A stretch of DNA of 64,000 nt from the NCBI GenBank assembly GCA_951812955.1, contig OX638340.1:2496001-2560000 (forward strand). Direction: 5' to 3'. This stretch comes from an uncultured Gemmatimonadota bacterium (GTDB taxonomy: Bacteria > JAAXHH01). The position numbers and the translations under genes were made by a program. This document shows, in pieces, positions 30,909 to 45,625 of the stretch (the first letter of the stretch is position 1; every line of letters starts with the position of its first letter). Below the pieces are notes generated by a model. That model was not told where the DNA came from, ran no database searches, and worked only from the letters and a program-made list of their open reading frames with translations.

Positions 30909-31403
30909 ATGGCGTTCCTGGAAGCCGGGGTCGCGGCCCCGGAAGTCACCCTGGAAGACGCGGACGGACAATCGACGTCGCTGGCCGACCTGACTAACGG
31001 CGGCTGGTTGCTGGCCGTCTTTTACAAGGTGGGCTGCGGGACCTGCAAGTTCAGCGCCCCCTATTTCGAGAAGATCCACCAGGCTTACGGCGGCAAGCAG
31101 GGATTCCGGGTGCTCGGTGTCTCGCAGGACACGCCGGAGGACACCCGCGCTTTCATGGACGAACACGGCGCTTCCTTCGAGAACGTGTACGACGCCACCC
31201 ACTGGGCCTCCGCGGATTTCGGCCTGACGAACGTGCCGACGTGGTTTCTCATGGACGAAAACGGCGGCATACTGGACAGCAACACGGGCTTCTGCCGGAC
31301 CGACCTCAACGAGTTGTCGGTGACCGTCGCGGCCCATCTCGGCGAAGAGGCCGTTGTCATTTCGCCGGGGGACGACGGCGCGCCCGAACTGAAGCCTGGA
31401 TGA
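30909..31403 (+). CDS. Thioredoxin-fold thiol-disulfide oxidoreductase (redoxin/TlpA-like).
   Basis: It has the CGTC active-site motif in the context LAVFYKVGCGTCKF, is about 160 aa and is a high-GC gene. Confidence 0.75.
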   Translation: MAFLEAGVAAPEVTLEDADGQSTSLADLTNGGWLLAVFYKVGCGTCKFSAPYFEKIHQAYGGKQGFRVLGVSQDTPEDTRAFMDEHGASFENVYDATHWASADFGLTNVPTWFLMDENGGILDSNTGFCRTDLNELSVTVAAHLGEEAVVISPGDDGAPELKPG

Positions 31404-31644
31404 GGCTCCAAACAACCGGTCGGGCCTCGACCGTAACCCGGACATAAGAAAACGAAACCTGGAAGGCGGCCGCTTCGGCCCGGATCGAATGTTCCCGGCG
31501 CCGGAGGGTCGCTTTTTGTTCCTGTAGAGCGCAAATGATGCCGGTAAATCTGACGTCATGCCGGCCACGGTAGCGCTGAACCATACGAATCTTCACGCGT
31601 CGACCTCAGGATCACGTGCATCACAGCGGGAACATCAAGGAACC

Positions 31645-32688
31645 ATGAGCGAATCGACTACATCCCACGTCCCCAAGCCCCCGTGGCTCAAGGTACGCCT
31701 GAAGCAGGGGCCGAACTTTCGGGAACTGAAGCGCCTGGTCGGAGACAACCGGCTTCACACCATCTGCGAGAGTGCCCAGTGCCCGAATATCTGGGAATGC
31801 TGGGAGCAGCGGACCGCCACCTTCATGATTCTGGGAGATATTTGCACGCGAAGCTGCGGGTTCTGTGCGGTGAAGACGGGCCGGCCGGACAAGGGGCTGG
31901 ACTGGGACGAGCCCGAGCGCGTGGCCGGGGCCGTGGAGAAGCTGGGCCTGCGGTTCGCCGTGATCACCTCGGTCAACCGGGACGAGCGGACCGACGGCGG
32001 CGCGCCGATCTTCGCCGAGACGATCAGGGCCATACGCCGCAGGTGCCCGGGCGTGGGCGTGGAAGTGCTCATCCCGGATTTCAAGGGATCGGAAGAAGCG
32101 CTTCAGACCGTGCTCGACGCCCGTCCCGACCTGCTCAACCACAACCTGGAGACGGTGCCGGAGCTCTACCGGACGGTGCGGCCCCAGGCGCGGTACGACC
32201 AGTCGCTCGAGTTGCTCGAGCGCGCGAAGGCCCGCGGCGCGAAGACCAAGACGGGCATCATGGTGGGCCTCGGCGAAACCGACGACGCCGTCCATGCCCT
32301 CATGCGCGACGTGGCCGCGGTGCGCTGCGACATCCTGACGGTGGGGCAGTACCTGCAGCCGACGAAGAAGCATCTGCCGGTGCACAGGCACTACCACCCG
32401 GACGAGTTCGCGCGTTTCAAGGAAGCTGGCGAGGCGTACGGCATTCCCCACGTGGAGTCCGGCCCCCTGGTCCGCAGTTCCTACCACGCGGCCGACCAGG
32501 CGGACAGCGTCGGCGGCGCGGCCCCGGGCGGTGGAAACGGCGCGCATCCTACAAGCGGAAACGGCGGGCATAAAACGAACGAAATCGATGCGGCCCCGGG
32601 CGGCGCGCACCCTGAAAACGGCAACGGATTGTTGTCTATCGAGCCGTTCGGAACCTCGCCCGGTGAGGACCTTACGACGCGGCCCTGA
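31645..32688 (+). CDS. lipA: Lipoyl synthase LipA with a roughly 55-aa Gly/Ala/Asn/Pro-rich C-terminal tail.
   Basis: It has the N-terminal auxiliary cluster cysteines [12 protein letters not shown] and the radical-SAM [10 protein letters not shown] motif. The tail …[39 protein letters not shown]… follows the normal C-terminus. Confidence 0.88.
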   Translation: MSESTTSHVPKPPWLKVRLKQGPNFRELKRLVGDNRLHTICESAQCPNIWECWEQRTATFMILGDICTRSCGFCAVKTGRPDKGLDWDEPERVAGAVEKLGLRFAVITSVNRDERTDGGAPIFAETIRAIRRRCPGVGVEVLIPDFKGSEEALQTVLDARPDLLNHNLETVPELYRTVRPQARYDQSLELLERAKARGAKTKTGIMVGLGETDDAVHALMRDVAAVRCDILTVGQYLQPTKKHLPVHRHYHPDEFARFKEAGEAYGIPHVESGPLVRSSYHAADQADSVGGAAPGGGNGAHPTSGNGGHKTNEIDAAPGGAHPENGNGLLSIEPFGTSPGEDLTTRP

Positions 32689-32728
32689 GCCGTATTTGGT
32701 CAACAGGAATAAAAATAATAGAAACCTG

Positions 32729-32757
32729 TTGACTTCGAGTACCCCGCTGTGTATCTT
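32729..32757 (+). promoter_or_regulatory. Candidate sigma-70 promoter of the rRNA operon (TTGACT-17nt-TATCTT), preceded by an A/T-rich UP-like tract.
   Basis: The hexamers are read directly at 32729-32734 and 32752-32757. The aataaaaataatagaaacc tract is immediately upstream, about 130 nt before the 16S 5' end. Confidence 0.5.
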
Positions 32758-32888
32758 GCGCGGGTTGCAGTAAGATTTAGCTCTTTGAAAACATGGCAGC
32801 GTGCATGTCCTTAAGTCGTCTGACAAGGACTCTCCGGATTCATTCGGGGAGTTCACACAGATGTAAAATGTTAAGATCGAACTTTTCT

Positions 32889-34452
<1,564 letters not shown>

Positions 34453-34536
34453 AGTTATTGAAACTCGAGGTCGACTTGTCCGGCGCACGATGTGCACGCT
34501 GTCATGTTTTTAAAGTTGGGGGGCCTGTAGTACTGG

Positions 34537-34613
<77 letters not shown>

Positions 34614-34623
34614 TTGAAAGCCG

Positions 34624-34696
34624 GGGGATATAGCTCAGCTGGGAGAGCGCCGGCTTTGCAAGCCGGAGGTCACCGGTTCGATCCCGGTTATCTCCA
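34624..34696 (+). tRNA. tRNA-Ala (anticodon TGC) in the 16S-23S spacer; CCA is not encoded.
   Basis: It has the GGGGATA…TATCTCC acceptor stem with the G3:U70 identity pair, the anticodon loop tTTGCAa and TTCGATCCC in the T-arm. It is followed by ctgg. Confidence 0.92.
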
Positions 34697-34800
34697 CTGG
34701 GCACAGCAGACGAGTACAGGTGCCCGCTCTTTGACAATTACATAGGAATGACGGGAACGGCGTTGTAACATCGGAGCACTCAAGCACAGTAGCATTTTTT

Positions 34801-37869
<3,069 letters not shown>

Positions 37870-37921
37870 GCTCCAATTTATGTCGTCGTTCTCTCATTCC
37901 ATGTAATTGCCAACCCATTTC

Positions 37922-38040
37922 TTCCGGTGGCGATAGCGGAGGGGAAACACCTCTTCCCATTCCGAACAGAGTAGTTAAGCCCTCTTGCGCCGATGGTACT
38001 GCTTGGGTGACCTTGTGGGAGAGTAGGACGCTGCCGGGGG
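37922..38040 (+). rRNA. rrf: 5S ribosomal RNA.
   Basis: It contains CCGAACAGAGTAGTTAAGCC…GCGCCGATGGTA…GGGAGAGTAGGACGCTGCC, which aligns with the bacterial 5S consensus. Confidence 0.9.
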
Positions 38041-38048
38041 ATGCATTG

Positions 38049-38084
38049 AAGGCGCTCGATTCATTTCGAGCGCCTTTTTTGTTT
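38049..38084 (+). terminator. Rho-independent terminator of the rRNA operon.
   Basis: An 11-bp GC-rich stem (aaggcgctcga / tcgagcgcctt) with a 6-nt loop is followed by TTTTTTGTTT. Confidence 0.6.
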
Positions 38085-38147
38085 GGGGCTAATGAAAGCT
38101 TTAGATCGCTAGCGTAGTCTGGTTGTCTGGCCAGGTCCGGTCGTCGT

Positions 38148-38822
38148 TTACGCGGCGGTGTTTACAATGCGTCCGTCGAAGAGGCGGATGATCCGGTGGG
38201 CGTGATCGGCCAGAACCTGGTCGTGGGTCACCATGATGATGGTCGTGCCCGCCTCGTTGAGGCCGTTTAGCAGTTCCATGACCTCCGAGCCGTTGGCAGA
38301 ATCCAGGTTACCCGTCGGCTCATCCGCCAGGATCAGCTTGGGATTGCCGATGACCGCCCGCGCCACGGCTACGCGCTGTTGCTGGCCGCCGGAAAGCTGC
38401 TGCGGGAAGTGATTACGCCGGTGGGGGATCTGCATGTGGTCCATCGCCGCATCCACCCGTTCCTTGCGCTCCTGCTTGGACGTGCCCAGGTAGATCAGCG
38501 GAAGCTCGATGTTCTCGTAGACGGTCAGTTCGTCGATCAGGTTGAAGCTCTGGAACACGAAGCCGATGTTGTTCTTGCGCAGATTGGCTCTTTGCCGCTC
38601 GGAGTGGCCGGACACTTCCTGGTCCAGGAAATGGTATTCCCCGCCCGTAGGGTTGTCGAGAAGGCCGAGGATGTTGAGCAAGGTGGACTTGCCGCAACCC
38701 GACGGCCCCATGACCGCCACGAACTCGCCCTGGTCCACGGCCATGCTCACGTCGTTCAACGCCGTCGTCTCCACCTCTTCGGTCGCATAGAGTTTCTGCA
38801 AGTTGCTGGTCGCTATCATCAC
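38148..38822 (-). CDS. MacB/LolD-type ABC ATP-binding protein (cassette A).
   Basis: It has Walker A GPSGCGKST, the signature LSGGQQQRVAVARAV and Walker [12 protein letters not shown]. It is roughly 93 percent identical at the protein level to the ATPase at 45626-46297. Confidence 0.85.
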   Translation of the reverse strand: MMIATSNLQKLYATEEVETTALNDVSMAVDQGEFVAVMGPSGCGKSTLLNILGLLDNPTGGEYHFLDQEVSGHSERQRANLRKNNIGFVFQSFNLIDELTVYENIELPLIYLGTSKQERKERVDAAMDHMQIPHRRNHFPQQLSGGQQQRVAVARAVIGNPKLILADEPTGNLDSANGSEVMELLNGLNEAGTTIIMVTHDQVLADHAHRIIRLFDGRIVNTAA

Positions 38823-39014
38823 ACACCCCTTTTGCAGTTTATCGGTATGCGTCGCACCTTAATCATTCGACTTGTGTGCGATGCGCATTGTTTCGTCGCG
38901 ATGTTGTGCATGCTTGTAAATGCTCTGCTTCACTAAGTGTTCGAGTGAGGGCGAAGGCGATTCGTGGAAGGCGGTGCTCCAGGATCAACGCTCTCAATAC
39001 TGAAGTGAAGAAGT

Positions 39015-39509
39015 TCAATCCGTACTATCCGGCAAATTCACTCCAAATTCCTTGATAAACCGCTCAAAGAAACCGGCCGACCTGTATTCCAACAGCACGT
39101 TTACAGGTTCTCCATCCATGCCCGATATGCCGAGCGGCTTTTCTCCCAAGAAAAATTCCAACCCAAGACTATCCACTTCCGGGTAACCGGATGACCGAAT
39201 AATCCACGCCGTGTCGACGACACCAGTTGCGTTCGAATGGACTCGAAGCAATACTTCTCCTTCGTTGATGAACTCGGGCGGAAGCGCTACGGTTAATGGC
39301 ATTAATGGTATTTCCCCATTTGAGCTCTCATCCTTGGAACGGAGAGTGTCTGATTGTCCTGTGCTATCCTGTTCCAGGTCGGTCATCGTCGTATCTATTA
39401 CAGTTTCGCCTTCCCGGTTCACATCGTCCTTTCCTTCACATGCCGTGTGACTCAGGATGAGGAAAAGCGACACCAGCGCGCATAGACTGATCACAGTCTT
39501 TTTTACCAT
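39015..39509 (-). CDS. Small secreted/lipoprotein with a TonB-C-like domain (cassette A).
   Basis: It has a signal peptide (VISLCALVSLFLILSHTAC). The C-terminal domain ALPPEFINEGEVLLRVHSNATGVVDTAWIIRSSGYPEVDSLGLEFF…GEPVNVLLEY fits the TonB C-terminal pattern. Confidence 0.65.
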   Translation of the reverse strand: MVKKTVISLCALVSLFLILSHTACEGKDDVNREGETVIDTTMTDLEQDSTGQSDTLRSKDESSNGEIPLMPLTVALPPEFINEGEVLLRVHSNATGVVDTAWIIRSSGYPEVDSLGLEFFLGEKPLGISGMDGEPVNVLLEYRSAGFFERFIKEFGVNLPDSTD

Positions 39510-39651
39510 TTGTTGAGTCATCGACCTTGATCCTCCAGATTGCGACGTTTCCAGTCTATCGGTGGAATACCGGTTGTCCCGCTCAGAATCCATGGTCTTC
39601 GACGTATTTGGCATCAGACCGTAGCCCGGCACCGGCCGGCGTCTATATCGT

Positions 39652-40540
39652 CTACCGGCCCGTCACTTCGATTCGATTCCGGATGCCACGCGTGTAAGTC
39701 AGATGCCCGCGTCGGTCAATCCAGATCCCTTCGACGTGAGGCAAATCATCCAGTAACCGCTTTGAATTCTCGACTCCCATGACGTACGTCGCAGTCGCCA
39801 GGGCGTCCGCCGTCATGGCGTCCGGGGCGATGACCGTGGCGCTGAGCACGTGGTTCGATGAAACCCCCAGCCGTGGATTGAGAATGTGAGCGATACGAGG
39901 GCCCTGGTGCAGTCTATAGTTCTCATAGTCTCCTGCCTTCGCAATGGCCTCGTCTTCGAGTTCGACCATGGCGCATAGTGCATCCATCCGAGCGGTATGG
40001 TGAACGTATCCCGATGCGCCACAGGCGAGTAAGCTCGAGCCATCACAGGGCAAAGATGTCTCCTCCGGCCGAAACCAGGCCACATCGGACCCGGTGGTCC
40101 CGCAACGCCCCGACCGCCCGATCCACCATCTTGCCGATCTCCCTGATCCCGCCATCGGCTTCGAGGGCGACGAGCAATCGAACGTTGTTGCACACGGGAC
40201 AACGAAGATCCTCCTGTACCTCGTAAACGTACCCTACAGGATCGCCCTGTTCACCGAAAATCACGTAGCGGTCATATTCCCGAAAGTCCTCGTGCTTCCG
40301 GGATTCGGCCATGTGGAACGTAACCGAAACAAACTCCGAAACTGTCGGTTCATCGAGCGGTGGAAACAGGTTGGACATGCCGGCTAGCTCGTTTGACATC
40401 CTGTAAAGCGACGGGTCGGATCCGACTACATCGGTTCCGCCGGATCCCATGAGATAGATGAGATTCACGGCCACGACTACGGTGCCTGCTCCGGCGATCA
40501 ACACCACCGCCATTCGACTACGTTTCAAAAACTGCGCCAT
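39652..40540 (-). pseudogene. Decayed FMN-binding-domain::ApbE fusion, formed by an internal deletion plus a frameshift (two overlapping ORFs, 40043-40540 and 39652-40155).
   Basis: The first ORF begins like the FMN-binding protein at 50779-51396 (TM helix, …EDLRCPVCNNVRLLVALE). It then jumps at 'DGGI' into sequence that aligns with the middle of ApbE at 49708-50709 (GGIAKGYGLDRMAHVLRNRHIRCGLISAGGD versus GGIREIGKMVDRAVGALRDHRVRCGLVSAGGD). That ORF stops after DIFAL. The ApbE C-terminal half (…YENYRLHQGPRIAHILNPRLG…ADALATATYVMG…) continues in another frame. Confidence 0.65.
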
Positions 40541-40582
40541 AGGTAAGTCACCCGAATGGACGTCTGAAGAACGTCGGAAACG

Positions 40583-43027
40583 CTACTCGTACCTCAACGC
40601 TTCAACAGGATTCGACCGCGCCGCTTTGAGGACGTGTAGGCCGACCGTGGAGGCCGCTACGGCAAGAATGGCCAGGCCCACCAGGACAAAGAGCGCCGGG
40701 TTGGGCGCAATGCGATAGGCGAAGTCACGCAGCCAACTTTCCATGACGAGGTAGGCGATCGGCCAGGCGATGACGCTCCCCGCAATGGCCATGATCACGA
40801 ACTCTTTCGACAGAAGCTGTACAAGTTGCGCCCTGGTCGCCCCCAAAATCTTGCGAACGCCGATTTCCTTCGTTCGCTGGTGCACGGTGAGGGAGACCAG
40901 GTTGAATAGCCCCAGGAAGGTCAGCACAATGGCAAGCAACGCGCATATTCCGAGGAGCGTGCCAAGGCGTTCTTCAGCCAAATACAGCTGGTCTATATCG
41001 TCTTCGAGAAAGGAATAGACGAGCGGGATTTCCGGGTAATGGGATCTCCAGACGCTATTGAGGTCCTCGAGCGCGGAGGCCGTACTCCCAGGTTGCAGTC
41101 GAACGCTCATGTGTTCGCCAAAGGAACTGCTTAAGAATACCATGGGCTCGACGGGCTGGTAAAGAGAACGAAAGTGGGTGTCTTGAATCACGCCGACGGC
41201 TCTGCCGCGCTGGACGTACTGCGGTAAGACGATTTCGATCGTCTTGTCCAGGGCCACTTCAGCGGAACTCCATCCCAGATGCCGGACGGCCGTTTCATTC
41301 AGGACTACCTCGAATACGGCGAACGGATTGAACATCCTCATATCTCTTGGCTTCAGATTCGAGCCCAGCACCAGGCTTATGTCCAGGGTCTCGAAAAAGT
41401 CGTGCTCCACGTTCACTATGCGGATAGACGAGGATACCGGCATATCGCTGTCGTCCCCGCGTCGAACCATGGTTTCCCCGATCATGCCCCTCCCCGGCGC
41501 GAGCCCGGGAACGTAATCCGACAGGGAGACGCCCTCGATGTACGGTGACCGCAGCAACTCGTTCTGGAATCCATCGGAGGATCTAGGATTAAACTGTTGG
41601 GAGCCTTCAGAAGAGCTTGATTCAATGGCCTCCACGAAGAATCCCGATATGAGGGGAACGACTATCACATTGGATTTTTCGAAGCCCGGAGGTTCGTTCA
41701 TCATGAACCGCAACTGGCTGTAGACCACACCCGTGCCGATGATCAGGATGGCGGAAAGGGCGAACTGGACCGTGATAAGAATACGCTTCACAAAGGGATA
41801 GTCGATCGCCTGGCTCAACCGGCGGCTAAGTGCGTCCATCGGCCGGTATCCAGACAGAACCATGGCCGGAAAACTCCCCGAGAATGCCCCCACGAGGACT
41901 GAAATGGCGATCAGACCAAGCCATATGTCGAGGTGTTGTATAAAACCCATGGACAGTGCCTTCCCAGTCACGGCGTTGAAGGCTGGAAGCGAAAGCCGGG
42001 CAAGCAGAACCGCCAGGACGAGTACCAGGCCTGAGATCATTACGGACCCGCTCAGATACTGCACGACAATACGTGAACGGTTCGCGCCGTACACTTTCAT
42101 TAGGCCCACTTCCTTCGCGCGGGCTGTCGACTGAACCATAGACAGATTGATGAAGTTGATGCAGGCGATCAGCAGCAGGAAAACGGCCCCCGTCATGAGG
42201 GTGTAGAGATAGGCCACACTGCTGTTCGCCTCGAGTTCGTTGAGTAGATTGGAACGCAGGTGAATCGCGGTCAGCGGTTGAAGGGAAAACCGGTAGTCCC
42301 GGATGCTCTCCCGGTTCACGGGCTTGATCTCGGTGTCGAAGTAAGCCTGGAACTTGGACGTCAGTTCCGGCACCAGGCTCTGATCGTGCAAACGCAGGTA
42401 CGTATAGTAGGTTGCGCTCCACCAGTTGTCCATGAACTGCAATTCCGTTCCGAAAGACAGGAACATGTCCGCGGTGAAATGCGTATGGCCCGGGAAGTCC
42501 TCCATGACGCCCGTGATGGTAAAGCTGTACGTGTTGTCCAGGCGCATCACCTCGCCCATGGGGTCCACTTCGCCGAAGTACTTCCTTGCCATCGATTCCG
42601 AGATGACCGCTTTGTTCTGCCCCTCCAATGCGGTGGCGGGATTCCCCTTGAGCAGGGGGATGGTGAAAACGTCGAATAGCGAAGGCTCGGTCCAGTAGAC
42701 CCGGTCTTCGTAGAACTCCCGGTCACCGAACCGTATAAGCCAAATGGCCCGAGTCGCCCGCATGCGGACAGCGCTTGCTACTTCCGGAAAGTTCTGTTTC
42801 AGCGTGGAAGCCGCTGCGCCCGGCGTGCGCGCGTTGTTGCCATTGATCAGCCGATAGACCTGCGGAGCGTACCTGTGGTGTGTATCGTAGGTCCATTCGT
42901 CCTTTATGTACAATAGCGTGAGTACGCACGCGGCCATGGCGATGGCCAGCCCCGTGACGTTGATGGTCGTATGGGATCTTTGCTTGAGCAGGGCTCTGAC
43001 GGCTATTCTGAGGTGGTGGGTGAACAT
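40583..43027 (-). CDS. MacB-like ABC permease with duplicated FtsX domains (cassette A).
   Basis: It is roughly 815 aa with the same topology and conserved blocks (TARAKEVGLMKVYGA, QRTKEIGVRKILGAT, C-terminal NPVEALRYE) as the permeases at 21794-24193 and 46447-48864. The chosen start MFTHHLRIAVRALLKQRS aligns with its paralogs. Confidence 0.85.
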   Translation of the reverse strand: MFTHHLRIAVRALLKQRSHTTINVTGLAIAMAACVLTLLYIKDEWTYDTHHRYAPQVYRLINGNNARTPGAAASTLKQNFPEVASAVRMRATRAIWLIRFGDREFYEDRVYWTEPSLFDVFTIPLLKGNPATALEGQNKAVISESMARKYFGEVDPMGEVMRLDNTYSFTITGVMEDFPGHTHFTADMFLSFGTELQFMDNWWSATYYTYLRLHDQSLVPELTSKFQAYFDTEIKPVNRESIRDYRFSLQPLTAIHLRSNLLNELEANSSVAYLYTLMTGAVFLLLIACINFINLSMVQSTARAKEVGLMKVYGANRSRIVVQYLSGSVMISGLVLVLAVLLARLSLPAFNAVTGKALSMGFIQHLDIWLGLIAISVLVGAFSGSFPAMVLSGYRPMDALSRRLSQAIDYPFVKRILITVQFALSAILIIGTGVVYSQLRFMMNEPPGFEKSNVIVVPLISGFFVEAIESSSSEGSQQFNPRSSDGFQNELLRSPYIEGVSLSDYVPGLAPGRGMIGETMVRRGDDSDMPVSSSIRIVNVEHDFFETLDISLVLGSNLKPRDMRMFNPFAVFEVVLNETAVRHLGWSSAEVALDKTIEIVLPQYVQRGRAVGVIQDTHFRSLYQPVEPMVFLSSSFGEHMSVRLQPGSTASALEDLNSVWRSHYPEIPLVYSFLEDDIDQLYLAEERLGTLLGICALLAIVLTFLGLFNLVSLTVHQRTKEIGVRKILGATRAQLVQLLSKEFVIMAIAGSVIAWPIAYLVMESWLRDFAYRIAPNPALFVLVGLAILAVAASTVGLHVLKAARSNPVEALRYE

Positions 43028-43040
43028 GATCGGGTGCTCC

Positions 43041-45503
43041 CTACGGTTCCAGGACAAGAAAGTTGACCGACTTGAAGACGCGCTGATCAGCGTGCCGGTC
43101 CGTCAGCGTCACGGTCAGCACATACTCCCCGGCTTCGAGATCCGTGGTGTCCATCGCGGTGTATTCAGCCTCTTCCGCTGAACTCCCCTCGCCTTCGAAG
43201 AAGGACATCACAGTCTGCATGTCGTCCGGCCTTCTGGCCCTGCGGTTCCTCAGTGCGGGCATGCCCAGGGGCGTGATTTCGTAAAGTGTCTCGTAGGAAG
43301 TGCGTCCGGCGTTGCCTAAATCCAGGTTGTACAATTCGTAGTAAACGTAAACGGGGTTTCCCCGAATGTAGAGCCGTCCCGGATTGGGCGTGATATTCAA
43401 CCCCTTGCGCACAAAGGGGCCCTGTACGCCTGACGGCGTGATGAGGGTGGCCAGCTTGAGATCGCTGATGAGCAGGTCGCGGCCGCGGTAGTCGGACAGC
43501 GTGACTGGCTTGCGATACACTCCGACCCGGCTCGTTGTCTCGTCCCGCACCTGGACTGCCAGCGTGAAACTACCCGACGGCGCGACAACGCTTTCAGGCA
43601 GGGTATACACCGGAACTTTCACGTTGCTTTCAGCCATCATACGCTTCGGCCTGTCGAAGGGACCGAAACCGAACTCGTGGGTGAACTGGGGGCTCATGGT
43701 CGAATCACGCAGGGTGACCAGGTGCGCGAGCCGGGTGCTGTTACCCCTGCCGTCCGAGACATCGCCGAACTGCCACACGGGGATGCTGTAGGACAGGTCC
43801 AGTTCCGTCGCGCCGTTGTCAGCCCTGTAGCTTACGGCGTCGAAGGCATATTCGAGTGGTTCTCCCCCGAAGTCGTGCAGGAATTCCTCGGGACTGCGCT
43901 TGATCAGGTTCTCGGCAACTCGTTGAGGATGATGGGTATCGTTTCGACGCATCAACTCGAAACCCGTGATGTCACCAAACGAATCCCCACCTTCATAGAT
44001 TGTCTGAAGTGGATAATCGAATTTCCCACCGCCCATCTGGTCCACGAAAAACAGTTCAAGATTATGCTGTACGTAAACCCAGCTTTCGACCTTGTACGAT
44101 TCTCCGACCAGACGTTTGAGTAACTCGAATGGATTGCTCTCCGACGAGCTCCCCCAGAGATCCACCGATCCCAAATCGAATCCCTGGAGCTGCATGATCT
44201 CCTCATCCAACAACGCCACCGGATCTCCCCTGCCCACCCGCAACACGTAGCCGGACTGCATATTCCGCACGCGTATTGCGTCCACGGCAGGAATCGCCGA
44301 CGGCTTGAAAACGGAAAAGGTGTTCCCATGCCTGCGCAGCAAGAAGTTGCTACGGTCATCCGGCGTACCGTATCGAACGTGAATCTCCCCGCGGCGGTCA
44401 AAGGGATACTGGCCCTCTGAGAAATGATTGCGGGCGTACAGTACGCGCCGGTAGTGTTCCACCAGGCGCTCGTTTTCGACGGTGGCCGGATTGGAATCCC
44501 GTGCGTTCCAGAAGGTCTGCCACAGCGCGTCGCGTTCCGGTCCTTCCACAGCCTCCCAGGTCTTCAATTCATCGGGAGGCGCGACATGTCGCAGGTCCCG
44601 GTACACCGCCTGCTCATCGGGATCGAGACCCGATATATAGGTCTCCAGGGCTTCCTGCAATCGATCGAACCCCCGTTCAGTCGAACCCGAAAGCATGCTG
44701 AACTGAAGCTGCAGGGTCCTGACCTCGTCCGCGACGGCATCTCCTGATTCTTCGACCAACTGTCCCAGGAGTTCAGCACCTATTTCGAACGCTTCGGCAC
44801 GAAGACACACATTGGTAAACCGCTCGAAGGCCCGACGGTGTTTGGGGTTTACCCGGTACTGGTTGAAATAGGCGGCTATCGCTTTTTCGTAGTCCGGCAA
44901 CGGGGGACTTTCATAACATCGTCCCAGTTGATAGTAGGCGTCCTCATGGGATGGATTCAGCTCTACGACCTTGAGGAAATACGTCCTGCCATCCCGGTCG
45001 CTGCCCACGATGGTATCTACTTTTTTATCATTCATGAAGGACATGCCCAGGTAGTACTGGGCGTCCGCGTTGTCCGGATCCAGGCGGATCGCGGTACGCA
45101 ACGCGTTGCGGGCATCCAGCTTTCTGTTTTGCAACTTCAGGTAGGTCTTCCCCAATCCGATGTGACCAGGCGCCCATTTTTTGTCCTGCCGCACTGCGCT
45201 CCTGAACGAACTCAACGCCTCACGGTAGTCGCCCAATTCATACCGCGCCATTCCGAGCCAGTAGTGGGCGGGCGCCGAATCCCCGTCAGCCTTGACGGCC
45301 ATTAGGAAGTACGGCAGCGCTTCCGCGTATCGTCCCTGTTGGTAAAGTGATTTGCCTTTTTCGTGGGCTGGCAGATCAATATCGGATACGGCCGATTGCG
45401 GCGGGGAAGTCCAGGTCTGGGAATGGCCGGGTAAACTCAGTGCAAGCGCGGCGATTGTAAGAAGCAGGCGGACGTACACGTAGTGCCTCTTTGGACGAAT
45501 CAA
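43041..45503 (-). CDS. Secreted TPR-repeat protein with a possible GWxTD-family C-terminal region.
   Basis: It has a signal peptide and several TPR units (AHYWLGMARYELGDYREAL, GHIGLGKTYL, AQYYLGMSF). It has a segment FDRRGEIHVRYGTPDD that resembles the (GWxTD)RG-x-IY-x-YG-x-PD block. The family call is from memory. Confidence 0.6.
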   Translation of the reverse strand: MIRPKRHYVYVRLLLTIAALALSLPGHSQTWTSPPQSAVSDIDLPAHEKGKSLYQQGRYAEALPYFLMAVKADGDSAPAHYWLGMARYELGDYREALSSFRSAVRQDKKWAPGHIGLGKTYLKLQNRKLDARNALRTAIRLDPDNADAQYYLGMSFMNDKKVDTIVGSDRDGRTYFLKVVELNPSHEDAYYQLGRCYESPPLPDYEKAIAAYFNQYRVNPKHRRAFERFTNVCLRAEAFEIGAELLGQLVEESGDAVADEVRTLQLQFSMLSGSTERGFDRLQEALETYISGLDPDEQAVYRDLRHVAPPDELKTWEAVEGPERDALWQTFWNARDSNPATVENERLVEHYRRVLYARNHFSEGQYPFDRRGEIHVRYGTPDDRSNFLLRRHGNTFSVFKPSAIPAVDAIRVRNMQSGYVLRVGRGDPVALLDEEIMQLQGFDLGSVDLWGSSSESNPFELLKRLVGESYKVESWVYVQHNLELFFVDQMGGGKFDYPLQTIYEGGDSFGDITGFELMRRNDTHHPQRVAENLIKRSPEEFLHDFGGEPLEYAFDAVSYRADNGATELDLSYSIPVWQFGDVSDGRGNSTRLAHLVTLRDSTMSPQFTHEFGFGPFDRPKRMMAESNVKVPVYTLPESVVAPSGSFTLAVQVRDETTSRVGVYRKPVTLSDYRGRDLLISDLKLATLITPSGVQGPFVRKGLNITPNPGRLYIRGNPVYVYYELYNLDLGNAGRTSYETLYEITPLGMPALRNRRARRPDDMQTVMSFFEGEGSSAEEAEYTAMDTTDLEAGEYVLTVTLTDRHADQRVFKSVNFLVLEP

Positions 45504-45625
45504 GAAGTGGCATTGACGATTCGCGTTACCGAATCAAGGGGAGTTGCTTTCAAGGTATCCAATAGACCAGGAATCAACAACCGTCTATGCGACGCAGTTC
45601 CACAAGGTATCCCCATAGGTCGCGC

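Noticed and set aside
31621-32856. A 411-aa minus-strand ORF and a 296-aa plus-strand ORF overlapping lipA.
   Set aside because: lipA is unambiguous, with radical-SAM and auxiliary cluster motifs. The overlapping frames are spurious.
39652-40540. Possibility that the two overlapping ORFs represent a programmed ribosomal frameshift producing an FMN_bind-ApbE fusion enzyme.
   Set aside because: The intact paralogous locus (49708-51396) encodes two separate genes. The fusion also lacks the FMN-attachment motif and the ApbE N-terminal half, including the signal peptide. Decay or a sequencing error is more parsimonious than a functional frameshift.
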